Made by a program: the position numbers and the translations under genes. A DNA stretch of 64,000 bases. It comes from an uncultured Chloroflexia bacterium (lineage in GTDB: Bacteria; Chloroflexota; UBA6077; JACCZL01). Location: NCBI GenBank assembly GCA_963765765.1, contig CAVXYC010000032.1, positions 224,001 to 288,000 of the forward strand, written 5' to 3'. The notes beneath the pieces were generated by a model, which was not told the DNA's origin, made no database searches, and saw only the letters and a program-made list of their open reading frames with translations. Positions 53,601 through 64,000 of the stretch are shown piece after piece; within the stretch, counting starts at the first letter, position 1; each line of letters starts with the position of its first letter.

Positions 53601-54186
53601 TCGGGTACCGCATCGCCGACGATGGGGGAATCCCGATGTGGAGCGAATTCCTGCGACTCGGCGGCGAGGCGGTCCTGGGTCGCCCGGTGACCGACCGGGT
53701 GCAGCTCGCGGACGGCCAGGTGTATCAAGTGACCGAGCGAGCGCTCCTCCAGTGGAATCCAGTCCGTGGCCGCGCGGAGCTCGTCAACGTCCTGGACGCC
53801 CTGTCCGGTGCGGGCCAGGACGGCCAACTTCACAGCCGCTGGCAGATTCCTCCGCAGATGCCGCCGGAGGATGGCGGCGACCCGGTCCGTGCTCGCGAGA
53901 CTCGGCTCGAATGGCTCACCGATCCTGCCATTCGGGCGGCCTTCTTGGCCCCCCGGTGGGGGCACCTGTGTCTGGGTGGGACACTGAGGCGGCCATTGCC
54001 CGGTACGGCCTGCCGACGTCGCCCCCCGAAGATTTCGGCCCCTTCGTCGCCCAGCGCTTCCAGCGAGCGGTACTGCAACACTGGAACCCGTCCATACCCG
54101 GCGCCCAGGAGAACCCAGTGACACTGGTTGATATCGGCCTACTGTTCCGCGAGCTCATCTCCAACGGCAGCGTCGCCAACGAATAG
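50667..54186 (+). CDS. Large secreted protein: Thr/Ser/Pro linker-SLT-M23-beta-propeller-like repeats-C-terminal cell-surface repeats (frameshifts ~52755, ~53960)
   Basis: VEGSG/GLMQLMP SLT; HFAWD/HLH M23; WLDTR...DVYLFDL repeats; FLRLGG..LGRP and YGLP...QRFQRAVLQ repeats. Confidence 0.75.
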
Positions 54187-54377
54187 ATTTAGTCGAATCA
54201 ATCACCCGGGCAGCGACCTGGGGGTCGGTGCGCGGAGTAATTCCACCAGAGGGCGGCGAACAGCAGAAGCACGTCATTCGACTGACCGTAAGCGTGCAGC
54301 GTCGAATTAGGATGCCCGGAGGGCACTGCTGAAACCTGGCCGCACTTAACTAGCCCCGCGGTACTGACACGCACTCG

Positions 54378-54457
54378 ACGTGATACGTCTGCGGTATCCG
54401 GCTGTCAATGCTGTGACAGCGAGTTCCAGAGATCGAGCGAAAGCTGTCCACTCATCG
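54378..54457. repeat. Diverged direct repeat, copy 2
   Basis: Aligns by eye with 49325-49405. Confidence 0.6.
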
Positions 54458-55039
54458 ATCGAGATATCCAAGGTCAACGAGTTGCTGACAGCCTAGTAGA
54501 CATGGTGGATCGAATGGGTAATCTGGTTTGCTTTGATCTGGCTAAGTACCCGGAGCTGGCGGCCCAGGGCGCACTCGCATGCAGCAACCCCTCCCACGTG
54601 GCATCGGGGGCAAGTCGGTGCAGCAACCACTCATCAAGCGAGTGGCGGCGCAGCCCGAGGCTCGGCACCTGGACAGCTTCATGACCAGCTCCGCCTATCG
54701 CGACCACGCGGACTTCTGAGCGCGGAATGTCGTCGGTCTGCTGAGCCCATACGGGCCACGATAGGCGCTTGCGACCGGCCACCGGTCGCCGTGATGACCG
54801 CGCAGGCTATACGTGCACCGGCTCGCTGACAAGGGTCGCGTTGACGCGCCCCTCCGGTGGCACCCCGGCCCACCTGGATGGCGTTTGCCGGTACGCGCCT
54901 CCCGTCCTGATCTGGTGACCGACGACGCTTGCGTCTCGTCGGGGGCTGTCTGCTACACTGCGCCGGCCGCGGCACGATGAATGACCGACCGCGGTGCTCC
55001 CGTTGAGAGACAATGCCACCGCGTCGATCGGGGGAATCC

Positions 55040-57872
55040 ATGCGCGTCAGTGCGTGGCGCTACCGTGGGCCGCTGCTGGTCGCCGCCCTCCTGCTCGTGC
55101 TTTCGTTGTTGCCGCTCCACGAGGAACCTGGCCCCGCCCGCGCCCAGGAGCGTGAACAAGTCCAGGACCGGGCCGAGAAGCAGGGGGACCTCGAGCGCGC
55201 GCTGCGGAATGGCGGAATTTCCACCAACCGGCTGATCGTCGTCTACGCCCAGGCCGTCCCGCCCGATCACCCGGACCGTCTCCGCGCCCGTCAGCGCGCC
55301 GGCGGCCGATTGCTGCTGGCCGATGTGGCGCTCCAGCAGGATCTGATTCGCCTCGCCGGCGATGATGCCGTCGCGGCGGCGGCGGAGATCAGGGCCTACC
55401 CCGGCGTGCTCGACGCGCTCCCGGACTCCGTGGTCCGGGCCGACCTGCTCACCAACGACCCGCGCCTGGGCGAGGCCTACGGCCTGGCCAGGATCCGCGC
55501 CCCGGCCGCCTGGGACATTACCCAGGGCCACGGTGCGGCGGTGGCCGTGGTGGACAGTGGGATCCATACCGGCCATCCCGACCTGGCCGGCAAGGTGGAC
55601 CAGGAGGAGAATTTCTCTCCCAGCCCGACGCTCGACGACCTGTCCGACCACGGCACCCGCGTGGCCGGGACGATCGCCGCGGCCGCGAACAACGGCGTCG
55701 GCGCGGCGGGCGTGGCACCCGGGGCAACGCTCCTCAACGTGAAGGTGCTGGGCGATAGTGGGACCGGTTTCTCGTCCGACGTCAACCGAGGCATCAAGTG
55801 GGCCGCGGAGCGGGGCGCGCGCGTCATCAATCTGAGCCTGAGCTCGGCCAGCGGCTGCGGCACCGATCGACAGCAGGCCGTCGACTACGCCTGGCACCAG
55901 GGGGCAGTGGTGATCGCCTCGGCCGGTAATGGCGCTTCGGCGGGTGCGACCTCGCCGGCAAGCTGCCGCAACGCGATCGCGGTTGCCGCCACCGACGCGA
56001 ATGACGCGACGGCCGCCTTCTCGAACTACGGGGACGGCGTGGACTTAGCCGCGCCCGGCGTCGACATCCTCGCCCCGGTCAACCCGAGGCTGAACGGCGG
56101 TGCCGAGTACGCGCTCGGCAGCGGGACTTCGCTGGCCGCGGCGCACGTCTCCGGGGCGGCCGCGCTGATCTGGTCGACGCGCTACGGGACGGCACCCGCC
56201 GCGGTGCGAGAGCGGCTCTTCAATGGTGCCGACGAGATCGGTGGGAGCCGGAGCCTGTGGGCGCGCGGGCGGGTTAACGCCGCCGGCTCCGTGGCGGGAG
56301 CCTCAGCCACGCAGGCGCCGACGAGCACGCCCATCCCGACCGACGGGGGGCCCACGGCCACGCCACTCCCCCGGCCGCCGTTCGATCCGTCCGCTGAGCA
56401 AGAGGAGCCACCGGAGGAGGAGCTGCAAGCCGCCGTCTCCGCGATCTGCCCGAGCCGCTTCACCGTGAACGCGTCCGGTAGCGCGCTGAAGCTCGCGTAC
56501 TGCACAGACTCGGGCCGGTCGCTCGACACGCCCAACGAAGCGATCAGCCGGGCCGTCGTCGTCATCCACGGGAGCAGCCGCAACGCGGACGACTACTACA
56601 GCTACGTCAGGAACTCGGCCGCTGCCATCGGCGTGGCGGGCAACACGCTGGTCGTCGCCCCCCAATATCTGTACGAAGAGGACATCAACGCGTTCAAGAC
56701 GGCGAGCCAGCCGCTCAGCGACCTCCTCTACTGGGATGGCGGGTGGCGTGAGGGCGAGAACTCCCGCGACACCGCCAAGAATGATCGGCCTGCAACGATC
56801 AGCTCCTTCGCCGCGGCGGATCAGATCATCGACCGGCTCGCCAATCGGAATTACTTCCCGAATCTCCAGAACATCGTGGTTGCCGGACACTCGGCCGGCG
56901 GACAATTCACCAACCGCTTCGTCGCCGCCAGCGGGGCCGAGCCGTGCGGGGGTTACTCGTCGCTACGTGCCCATGAACCCCTCCTCCTGGCTCTACTTCA
57001 ACAAGGAGCGCCGTGTCGGCAACACGCTCGACCAGTTCGCCATCCCGACGTCCGCCGAGCAGCAAGACTGCTCGACGTTCAATAACTACAAATTCGGCCT
57101 CGATAACCTGGCGCCGTATCCGTACGTCGCCACTGTCGGTATCGAACGGCTCAAGGACCGCTTTGCGTCACGGAACATTGCCTACCTACTGGGCGAGCGG
57201 GATAACGCGAACACAAACTCCCTGGACACCGGGTGCGAGGCCGAGCTCCAGGGCGATTACCGGCTCGACCGCGGGAATCGCTACTACAACTTCGTCGGGC
57301 ACTTCTTCGGCTCGTCCGTGTACGACCGACACGTGAAGGAGATCGTCCCGGGCGTCGCGCACGACGGGAATGCGATGATCAACTCCGCCGCCGGCCGCAG
57401 GTACCTCTTCGACCACGGCCTGGCCGCGACCCCGACCCTCACGCCCACCGGCACGCTGACACCAACACCCGCCATGACCCTGACCGCCTCGCCCACCCCA
57501 ACGGTGAGTTCGACGCCAACCGGCACACTCGCGCCGATCGCGACAGCGACGGTCACCCCGCCGACGCCCACGTCAACGGCGCCGAGGAGCGTTATCCTGA
57601 CGGCGCCGACGGGTCTCACGGCGACCGCGGTCTCGCCCGGCCAGATCGACCTGGCCTGGTCGGACAACTCCGCCAGCGAGGACGGCTTCGAGATCGAGCG
57701 TTCGACGGACGGGCGAACCTTCCAGTCGATTGGCATGGTGGGGACGAACGTCGAGACTTACTCGGATATGGGCCTTGCCGGGAACACCTGGTACCGCTAC
57801 CGCGTGCGTGCTTTTAGCGCAGCCGGCCCATCCGCCTACTCGAACACGGCCAGGGAGAAGACGCCCAGGTAG
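55040..57872 (+). CDS. S8 subtilisin-like protease fused to alpha/beta hydrolase and FN3 (frameshift near 56945)
   Basis: VAVVDSG, DHGTRVAG, SGTSLA; IHGSSRNA and GHSAGGQ; APTGLTA...W.DNS..E.GF.IERS...YRVRA FN3. Confidence 0.85.
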
Positions 57873-58411
57873 CATCGCCACGCCGAACCTATGCACCCGT
57901 CGGCCAAAGTGAGGGCAACGGGAGCTCGGGAACCTTCAGCTCGGGTAAATCATCCAAGGCCCTTAGGGAAGGAGCGGCCCAGAATCGTCTCGGGATCGCC
58001 GTTTCCCTATTAGGTCGGGCAGCTGGTTCGATGCCTGCTGCGCCAGTCGGAAGTGAGCTGCCGTTCCGCCGACTCCCAATGCCGAGAACTCGGCCGTCTC
58101 CCCTCCAGACGGACTCGAAGAGCAACAGGCTGCCCTCTTGCGACTCAGGTCGAACCCCTGGATTCCTGCCGGATCCGTTGCCTATCTGGTCGGTGACTGC
58201 GCCGAGGCCCTCAGCGTTGGCCGAAGGCCAACTCGACCCCGTAACCCGGGCCCGCATGGAACTGCTCCTGCATGACTTGGAGCGCGTGCGTCAACAGGTG
58301 GACGCTTAGCGCATCGCGCCGCGGGCTGCGGATGTGATCTCCGGATCCAGTTACGGTGGCTGGTGCGAATCCTGCTCTTGGATCGATTCAGCAACCCCGG
58401 AGGAGACCTGC

Positions 58412-59560
58412 ATGACGCTGCCCGGTCCGCTGCATCTGATTACGGAGTCGTTCAGGGAGTGGCAGAAGGACAAGGCGTCACGCCTGGCCGCTGCGCTCGC
58501 CTATTACACCGCGTTTTCCATCGCTCCGATGTTGTTGCTCATCATCACCATTGCGGGGATGGTGCTGGGTGAGGAGGCCGCTCAGGGGACGATCTTCGCG
58601 CAGCTCCAGGGACTCCTGGGGCCCGAGGTGGCCGGCTTTCTCCAGTCGGCCGTGGCGCACTCGCGCGAGCCGGGAGCCAACGCAATCTCCGCCGTCATCG
58701 GACTCGCCACCTTGGTCTGGAGCTCGTCGAATGTCTTTGGTCAGCTCCAGGATGCACTGAACACCATCTGGGAGGTGCAGCCAAAACCCGCCGGCATTGT
58801 CGGCTCTGTCAAACGCCGCATTGTGCCCCTCTCCATGGTCCTGGGAATTGGTTTCATCCTGCTGGTCTCACTGGCGCTCAGCGCCGGATTGTCGGCTGTG
58901 AGCGCATTCATGGGTGATGTATTGCCGGGATCCGCGCTCCTCTGGCAGATCGTGAACAACGTGCTCTCCTTCGCCGTCGTGACGCTGCTCTTCGCGGCCA
59001 TCTACAAGGTGTTGCCCGACGCCGAGATCCGCTGGAGCGACGTCTGGATTGGCGCGGTGGTGACATCGGTGCTGTTCGTCATTGGCAAGGCAGTCATCGG
59101 TCTGTATCTCGGGCACGCCAGCGTCGGATCCACCTACGGGGCCGCCGGCTCACTCCTGGTGTTCCTGGTGTGGGTGTATTACGCGGCGCAAATCCTGTTC
59201 TTCGGGGCGGAGTTCACGCAGGTCTACGCGCGCACGCGGGGCTCTCGAATCGTGCCGAGCGCGGATGCCGAGCCGCTGACCGCCGAAGCCCGCGGCGAGC
59301 AGGGGATGGCCGCCAGGGAGGACCCCGCCACCGCCGCCACCAAGCCGGTGCACCCAACGATCGCCGCCCCGCCCAGGTCCGTGAGCCGGATGGATGCCCC
59401 CGAGGCGCGACGCCATGGCGGGCGGGACGCTGGTCCGATCAAGAAGCTACTCTGGACCGGCGTCTCCGCCGCGTCAATGGCCTTCACCGGCCTCATCGCT
59501 CAGAAAGCGACCTGCGCGCTCTGGTCGAGCGTCGTCCACGAGCCTCCGCCTGACCGGTAA
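58412..59560 (+). CDS. YihY/BrkB family membrane protein with C-terminal amphipathic tail
   Basis: AAALAYYTAFSIAP, YGAAGS, FFGAEF; GGAGGA RBS. Confidence 0.92.
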   Translation: MTLPGPLHLITESFREWQKDKASRLAAALAYYTAFSIAPMLLLIITIAGMVLGEEAAQGTIFAQLQGLLGPEVAGFLQSAVAHSREPGANAISAVIGLATLVWSSSNVFGQLQDALNTIWEVQPKPAGIVGSVKRRIVPLSMVLGIGFILLVSLALSAGLSAVSAFMGDVLPGSALLWQIVNNVLSFAVVTLLFAAIYKVLPDAEIRWSDVWIGAVVTSVLFVIGKAVIGLYLGHASVGSTYGAAGSLLVFLVWVYYAAQILFFGAEFTQVYARTRGSRIVPSADAEPLTAEARGEQGMAAREDPATAATKPVHPTIAAPPRSVSRMDAPEARRHGGRDAGPIKKLLWTGVSAASMAFTGLIAQKATCALWSSVVHEPPPDR

Positions 59561-59605
59561 GTCTCGGGTCGCGTTCGATCACAACGCCGCTTCGAGTTCT
59601 GAGAC

Positions 59606-59848
59606 GTGGCGGCGAACATGATCGTGTTGGACCTGCCGAACGTGATCGTGTTGGACCTGATGATGCCGGAGGTGGATGGCTGGGAGTTCCGCTGTCGGCA
59701 GCTGACGAGTCCGAGCGCCGACGTACCGGTCGTGATTCTGTCCGCGGCTCGGGAGCAGCGGCTCGAAATGCTGCGTCCGGCGGCGGTTGTCTCGAAGCCA
59801 TTCGAATTACTCGCCCTTCTGGATACCGTCGAGGCTCTCGCCCGCTGA
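59606..59848 (+). pseudogene. N-terminally truncated receiver domain with a 24-nt tandem duplication
   Basis: IVLDLMMP...SKPFE; CGAACaTGATCGTGTTGGACCTG repeated at 59613 and 59637. Confidence 0.65.
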
Positions 59849-60025
59849 TGAGTCCAAGACGCCAGACGGCGAGTGGGCGAGCCTATCCCGACGTCCCTGC
59901 CCGATCCCAGAACCTGCGGTTCCTGTAACCCCCATTCTTATCGGCCTGGGCGAGCCAACCCGGGGTGCTCGACTTGCCCCAGGCCCGCCGCTGCGTCACA
60001 ATGCCGGCCGAAGGAGGGCTGAGCC

Positions 60026-60835
60026 ATGGGCGAGCACGTACGCGCCGACGACCTCGACATCTGGACCGAGCAGGTCGGCGCGGGCCCGGACGTCCTGCTG
60101 ATCGGAGGCCTGGGCGACACCGTCGAGTCGTGGCAGTTTCAGCTCGACGGGCTCGCCGACCGCTATCGCCTGACCGCCTTCGACAATCGCGGGGCGGGAC
60201 GAACCGCCATGCCAAGCGGGCCCGTCTCGGTGGAGATGATGGCCGATGACGCGGCCGGGGTCCTGCGAGCGCTGGCGATCCCCGCCGCCCACATCGCCGG
60301 CTTCTCGGGAGGGAGCATCGTCGCCCAGGAGCTCGCGCTCCGCCACCCAGAACTCGTACGCAGCCTCGTCCTGCAGAGCACCTGGCCGGTGCTGGATCCC
60401 TATTTCCGCACGTGGCTCCGGTTCCTCCGCTGGCTGGTCGAGGTCGCCCCGAGCGAGCGCGCGTTCCTGGAGGGGTTCTACCTCGACATCTACACCCCGC
60501 GGGCGCACAACGACGGCACCGTCGACCGGTTCATCGAAGAGATGCTCGCCTTCCCGCACAAGCAGTCGACCGAGGACGTGCAGCGCTACATGGACGCGTT
60601 CGTCGACCACGACACGACCGACCGCCTCCCCGAGATCGCCGCCCCGACGCTCGTGCTCGCCGGCGGGCGGGACGTCACAAGTCGTCCCGCGCTCGGCCGC
60701 GCGGTCGCCGAGCTGATCCCCGGCGCCCGCTTTGAAGTGCTGGAGGAGGAGGCGCACCAGCCCTTCCAGGAGATCCCGGACGCGTGGAACGCGCGCGTCG
60801 ACGCCTTCTGGCGGGAGGTCGAAGCGCGGGCCTGA
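60026..60835 (+). CDS. Alpha/beta hydrolase
   Basis: FDNRGAG, GFSGG, AHQPF; AAGGAGG RBS. Confidence 0.92.
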   Translation: MGEHVRADDLDIWTEQVGAGPDVLLIGGLGDTVESWQFQLDGLADRYRLTAFDNRGAGRTAMPSGPVSVEMMADDAAGVLRALAIPAAHIAGFSGGSIVAQELALRHPELVRSLVLQSTWPVLDPYFRTWLRFLRWLVEVAPSERAFLEGFYLDIYTPRAHNDGTVDRFIEEMLAFPHKQSTEDVQRYMDAFVDHDTTDRLPEIAAPTLVLAGGRDVTSRPALGRAVAELIPGARFEVLEEEAHQPFQEIPDAWNARVDAFWREVEARA

Positions 60836-61014
60836 GCCGCACCGGGCGGGAGCCGCGCAGACGCTGCCGCGGGCCACGAGGTACGCGAACGGCACGCCCT
60901 TCCTCTCGACGCCCTCTTCTGTGGATGAGCTCTTCCCACCTCTCCGGTGTGTCCGGGGGCGCTGGTCTCACGGATCTCGCCGGTCACGGTGGCTGTGGCA
61001 CTCGTCAGCGCGGT

Positions 61015-62391
61015 TTACCCAATCAAGCCCCGCCGCGACCGGAAGAGATTGCCCGGATCGTAGTGCTTCTTGACCGCGACGAGCCGCGCCAGGTTCTCGC
61101 CGTAGGCGGACGCCGTCGCATGAGCGTCATCCGGGTCCTCGAAGTTCATGTACGACCCGCCAGTCGAGAACGGCGCCAGCCGCTCGCCCACCTCGCGCGC
61201 CCAGGTGACGTTCGCCGTGTCCGCGGCCGGATCGTCCCAGTTCGACTCGATGCCGATGAGCCAGGGGGCGCCCCGCTGCCCGGCGGCCGCGTCGGCCGGC
61301 CCGTGGCGGTCGATTTCGCCGCCCAGCCGCCAGAGGTCGAGGCTGGTCAGCGGCGACGGTCGACGCAGCGCCAGCTCCATGAGCGTCTCGAGCGCCGGGT
61401 CGGGCAGGTCGCGGAGGTAGCTGGAGCGCCAGTAGTAGCGGCGGCCCCGCGGGTAGTCCTCGTCGAAGAGCACCGACTGCGCCCGGACGTAGGGCATCGG
61501 GCCGCTGAGGTCGCCGAGGACGGTCCCGAGCGATTGCAGCGGTTGCGTCATCTGCTCGCCTTCGGCCACCGATCCGACATATGGTCCGACGATCACCACG
61601 AAGGGCTCGCCCCACGCCGCGCGCGGGAAAGCCTCCAGCTCGGGGACGGTCCAGCAGACGCACAGCGCCCCGAAGCCTTCCGGTGCGGTCGCGGCAAACT
61701 CGCGGAAGCCCTGCATCACCCGTTTGGCCTCGACCCACGGATAGCCCAGGAAGCTCACCCAGACATCCGGACCCAGCGGATGGGCCCGGTACTCGAACGA
61801 CGTCACCACGCCGAGGTCCCAGCCGCCGCCGCGGAGCGCCCAGAGCAGGTCCGCGTTCGCATTCGTGCTCGCGTGGATGAGCCGGCCGTCCGCGGTCACG
61901 ACATCCGCCGACAGGAGGTTGTCACAGCTCAGACCATGCTTGCGTCGCAGCCAGCCGAGCCCACCGGCGAGCGTCAACCCGGCGACACCGGTCTCCGACA
62001 CGACCCCGAGCGGCACGGCCAGACCAAAGGCCTGCGTCTCCCGATCGAGGTCGCGGAGCAGGGCGCCGCCCTCGCAGCGCACCGTGGCCGTCGACGGGTC
62101 GACCCGAACCGACCGCATCCGGGCGAGGTCAATGACGAGCCCGCCGTCGACGACCGAGGAGCCGGCGACGTGGTGCCCGCCCCCGCGCACCGATACCGCG
62201 AGTCCCTGCTCGCGCGCGTAGTTCACGGCGTCGACCACGTCCGCGACGCCCTGGCACTGCACGATCAGCGCCGGCGTCTTGTCGATGACACCGTTCCAGA
62301 CCATCCGGGCCTCGTTGTAGGTCGCATCGCCGGGCGCGATCGCGGCGCCGCGAAGGCGAGACAGCAAGCGTGTCAGTGCTTCGTGATCCAT
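61015..62391 (-). CDS. FAD-binding oxidoreductase (BBE-like)
   Basis: RGGGHHVAG, GLTLAGGLG, YMNF, KKHYDPGNLF. Confidence 0.93.
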   Translation of the reverse strand: MDHEALTRLLSRLRGAAIAPGDATYNEARMVWNGVIDKTPALIVQCQGVADVVDAVNYAREQGLAVSVRGGGHHVAGSSVVDGGLVIDLARMRSVRVDPSTATVRCEGGALLRDLDRETQAFGLAVPLGVVSETGVAGLTLAGGLGWLRRKHGLSCDNLLSADVVTADGRLIHASTNANADLLWALRGGGWDLGVVTSFEYRAHPLGPDVWVSFLGYPWVEAKRVMQGFREFAATAPEGFGALCVCWTVPELEAFPRAAWGEPFVVIVGPYVGSVAEGEQMTQPLQSLGTVLGDLSGPMPYVRAQSVLFDEDYPRGRRYYWRSSYLRDLPDPALETLMELALRRPSPLTSLDLWRLGGEIDRHGPADAAAGQRGAPWLIGIESNWDDPAADTANVTWAREVGERLAPFSTGGSYMNFEDPDDAHATASAYGENLARLVAVKKHYDPGNLFRSRRGLIG

Positions 62392-62742
62392 GTCCCTCAC
62401 CGCACTTTCCGGAGCTCCGCGAGCTGCTGCCCGAGCCGGCCGAATTCGGGCGCGGGGATGCCGCGGGCATCGGGAGCCGCCGCCGGTGTCCCCGCCGACC
62501 GCCTCCCGGCCATAGTCTGCCAGCATGCATGGCGGGAGTCCAGCGTAGGGTAGACCCGTGCCGCGCCAGCGCGATCGTCCCGATCCTCGGCCACCGGGTC
62601 GGAGGGCCTGCCGGCCCGGGGAATTCCCCGGGCCGATCCCCGTTGGCGGTCCGCGCGGGGCGTACTAGACTGGACACGACGGATGCGTCATGCGCGAACG
62701 GTCCGTCGGAGTTCGATCCGCGATCCCAGAGGGAGGATCCCC

Positions 62743-63581
62743 ATGCCCGCACGACCGACCGCTCCGCAACCTCGATTCGCGACCACGCGCCTTGGGACGG
62801 GCCCGCTCGTGCACTACGCCGAGCAGGGCGACCCGAGCGGCGAGGTGCTGCTGTTCATTCACGGCTGGCCCGACTCGTGGTTCTCGTTCAGCCGCGTCCT
62901 GTCGCTGCTGCCGGCCGCGTACCACGCCTACGCCCTGGACCAGCGCGGCTTCGGCGACTCGGAGCGTCCGACCGGCGGCTACACGATCGACCAGTACGCC
63001 GGTGACGTGGTGGCCTTCCTGGATGCGGTCGAGGTGGAGCAGGCCACCCTGGTGGGACATTCCTTCGGGACCTTCGTCGCGCGACGGGTAGCCGAGACGT
63101 GTCCGGAGCGCGGTCACTCGATTGGTGCTCATCGCCTCCGCCATCACGCCGGTCAACACCGTGTTATTGGAAGTCCAAGAGGTCGCTGCGGCCGCTGGCC
63201 GACCCCCTCCCGCTGGAGTTCGTGCGCGAGTTCCAGGCCAGCACGCTGCACCGGCCCGTCCCGGACGAATTCTTCGAGAGGCTCGTGGCCGAGAGCCAGA
63301 AGGCACCGGCGCGCGTCTGGCGGGAGGCGTTCGATGGCTTGCTCGCATGCGACGACGCGGGCGAGCTCGGACGGATCGCGGCGCCGACGCTCCTCCTCTG
63401 GGGTGAGCAGGATGCGCTCTTCCCGGGTGAGGCTGGGCAGAGCGCCCTGGCGGCCGCGATCCCGGGCGCCCGGCTGACGGTCTACCGGGACACGGGGCAC
63501 TCGCCCAACTGGGAGCGCCCGGAGCGGGTCGCTCCGGACCTGGAGGCGTTTCTCGGCGGGACGCCGTCCCCGCCAGGTTAA
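62743..63581 (+). CDS. Alpha/beta hydrolase (frameshifts near 63110-63180)
   Basis: FIHGWPDS, DQRGFGDS, GHSFG, WGEQD, GHSPNWE. Confidence 0.85.
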
Positions 63582-63629
63582 GCGGGGCACACCACGGCAA
63601 CCGATAAACGAAATCTAATTGAGGTAGTG

Positions 63630-64000
63630 ATGATGGCGAAAACAATTGTCGTTCCCGTAGACGGGTCGGAACTTGGTGAGCGCGCAATACCTTGGGCGTC
63701 GCAGCTCGCACGACAGCTTGGGCTTTCCGTCACCCTGGTGCGGGTCGTTCCCTGGCCCGACATTCCCGCGAGCGAATTCGGCGGGTACATATCTCCGGAG
63801 ACCTACGACCAGGTCATCGCGGCGGAGCAGGAAACGGCACGCGAATACCTGGACCGGCTCCAGTCCCAATGGAGCAAGGATGGATTGACCGTTTTGACGG
63901 TGATCCGTCATGGCAAGGCTACCGAAGGCATCCATGATGTGGCGGACGAGCTCGGTGCCTACGCAATCGCGATGGCGAGCCACGGGCGCGGTGGTTTTCA
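63630..64000 (+). CDS. Universal stress protein (runs off window end)
   Basis: TIVVPVDGSE...IAMASHGRGG; GAGG RBS. Confidence 0.9.
   Translation, partial: MMAKTIVVPVDGSELGERAIPWASQLARQLGLSVTLVRVVPWPDIPASEFGGYISPETYDQVIAAEQETAREYLDRLQSQWSKDGLTVLTVIRHGKATEGIHDVADELGAYAIAMASHGRGGF

Noticed and set aside
57990-58050. tRNA-like GGTTCGAT followed by GCCA
   Set aside because: T-stem mismatched; no acceptor, D or anticodon arms can be folded
60784-62553. 589-aa plus-strand ORF
   Set aside because: Antisense shadow of the FAD oxidoreductase, typical of high-GC DNA; the same applies to most long Arg/Pro-rich ORFs in the track

Overview
High-GC bacterial window, most consistent with a soil Chloroflexota-like genome (inferred from gene families, not verified). 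At least 14 otherwise intact genes are split by small indels, which suggests long-read assembly error rather than true decay. The first ~20 kb is a dense signalling island: five paralogous GAF-LuxR-HTH one-component regulators sharing a GTVANH recognition helix, five stand-alone receivers (two lacking the phospho-Asp) plus a receiver remnant, a KaiC/RAD55-like double ATPase and a stand-alone CheB C-terminal-like Cys/His domain, with no histidine kinase among them. Further on are a DJ-1 gene divergent from a NarX/NarL-like pair, a cyclase-STAND-TPR-LuxR regulator, and a PAS-PAS / repeat-helix kinase / REC-kinase operon. These are followed by TetR-linked detoxification-type genes, unusual multidomain cell-wall enzymes (SLT-LysM-DD-carboxypeptidase; SLT-M23-propeller), an S8 protease-hydrolase-FN3 fusion, two YihY genes, hydrolases and a USP. 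Several MITE- and REP-like palindromic elements lie in intergenic DNA. No rRNA, tRNA, CRISPR array, transposase or integrase was recognised.
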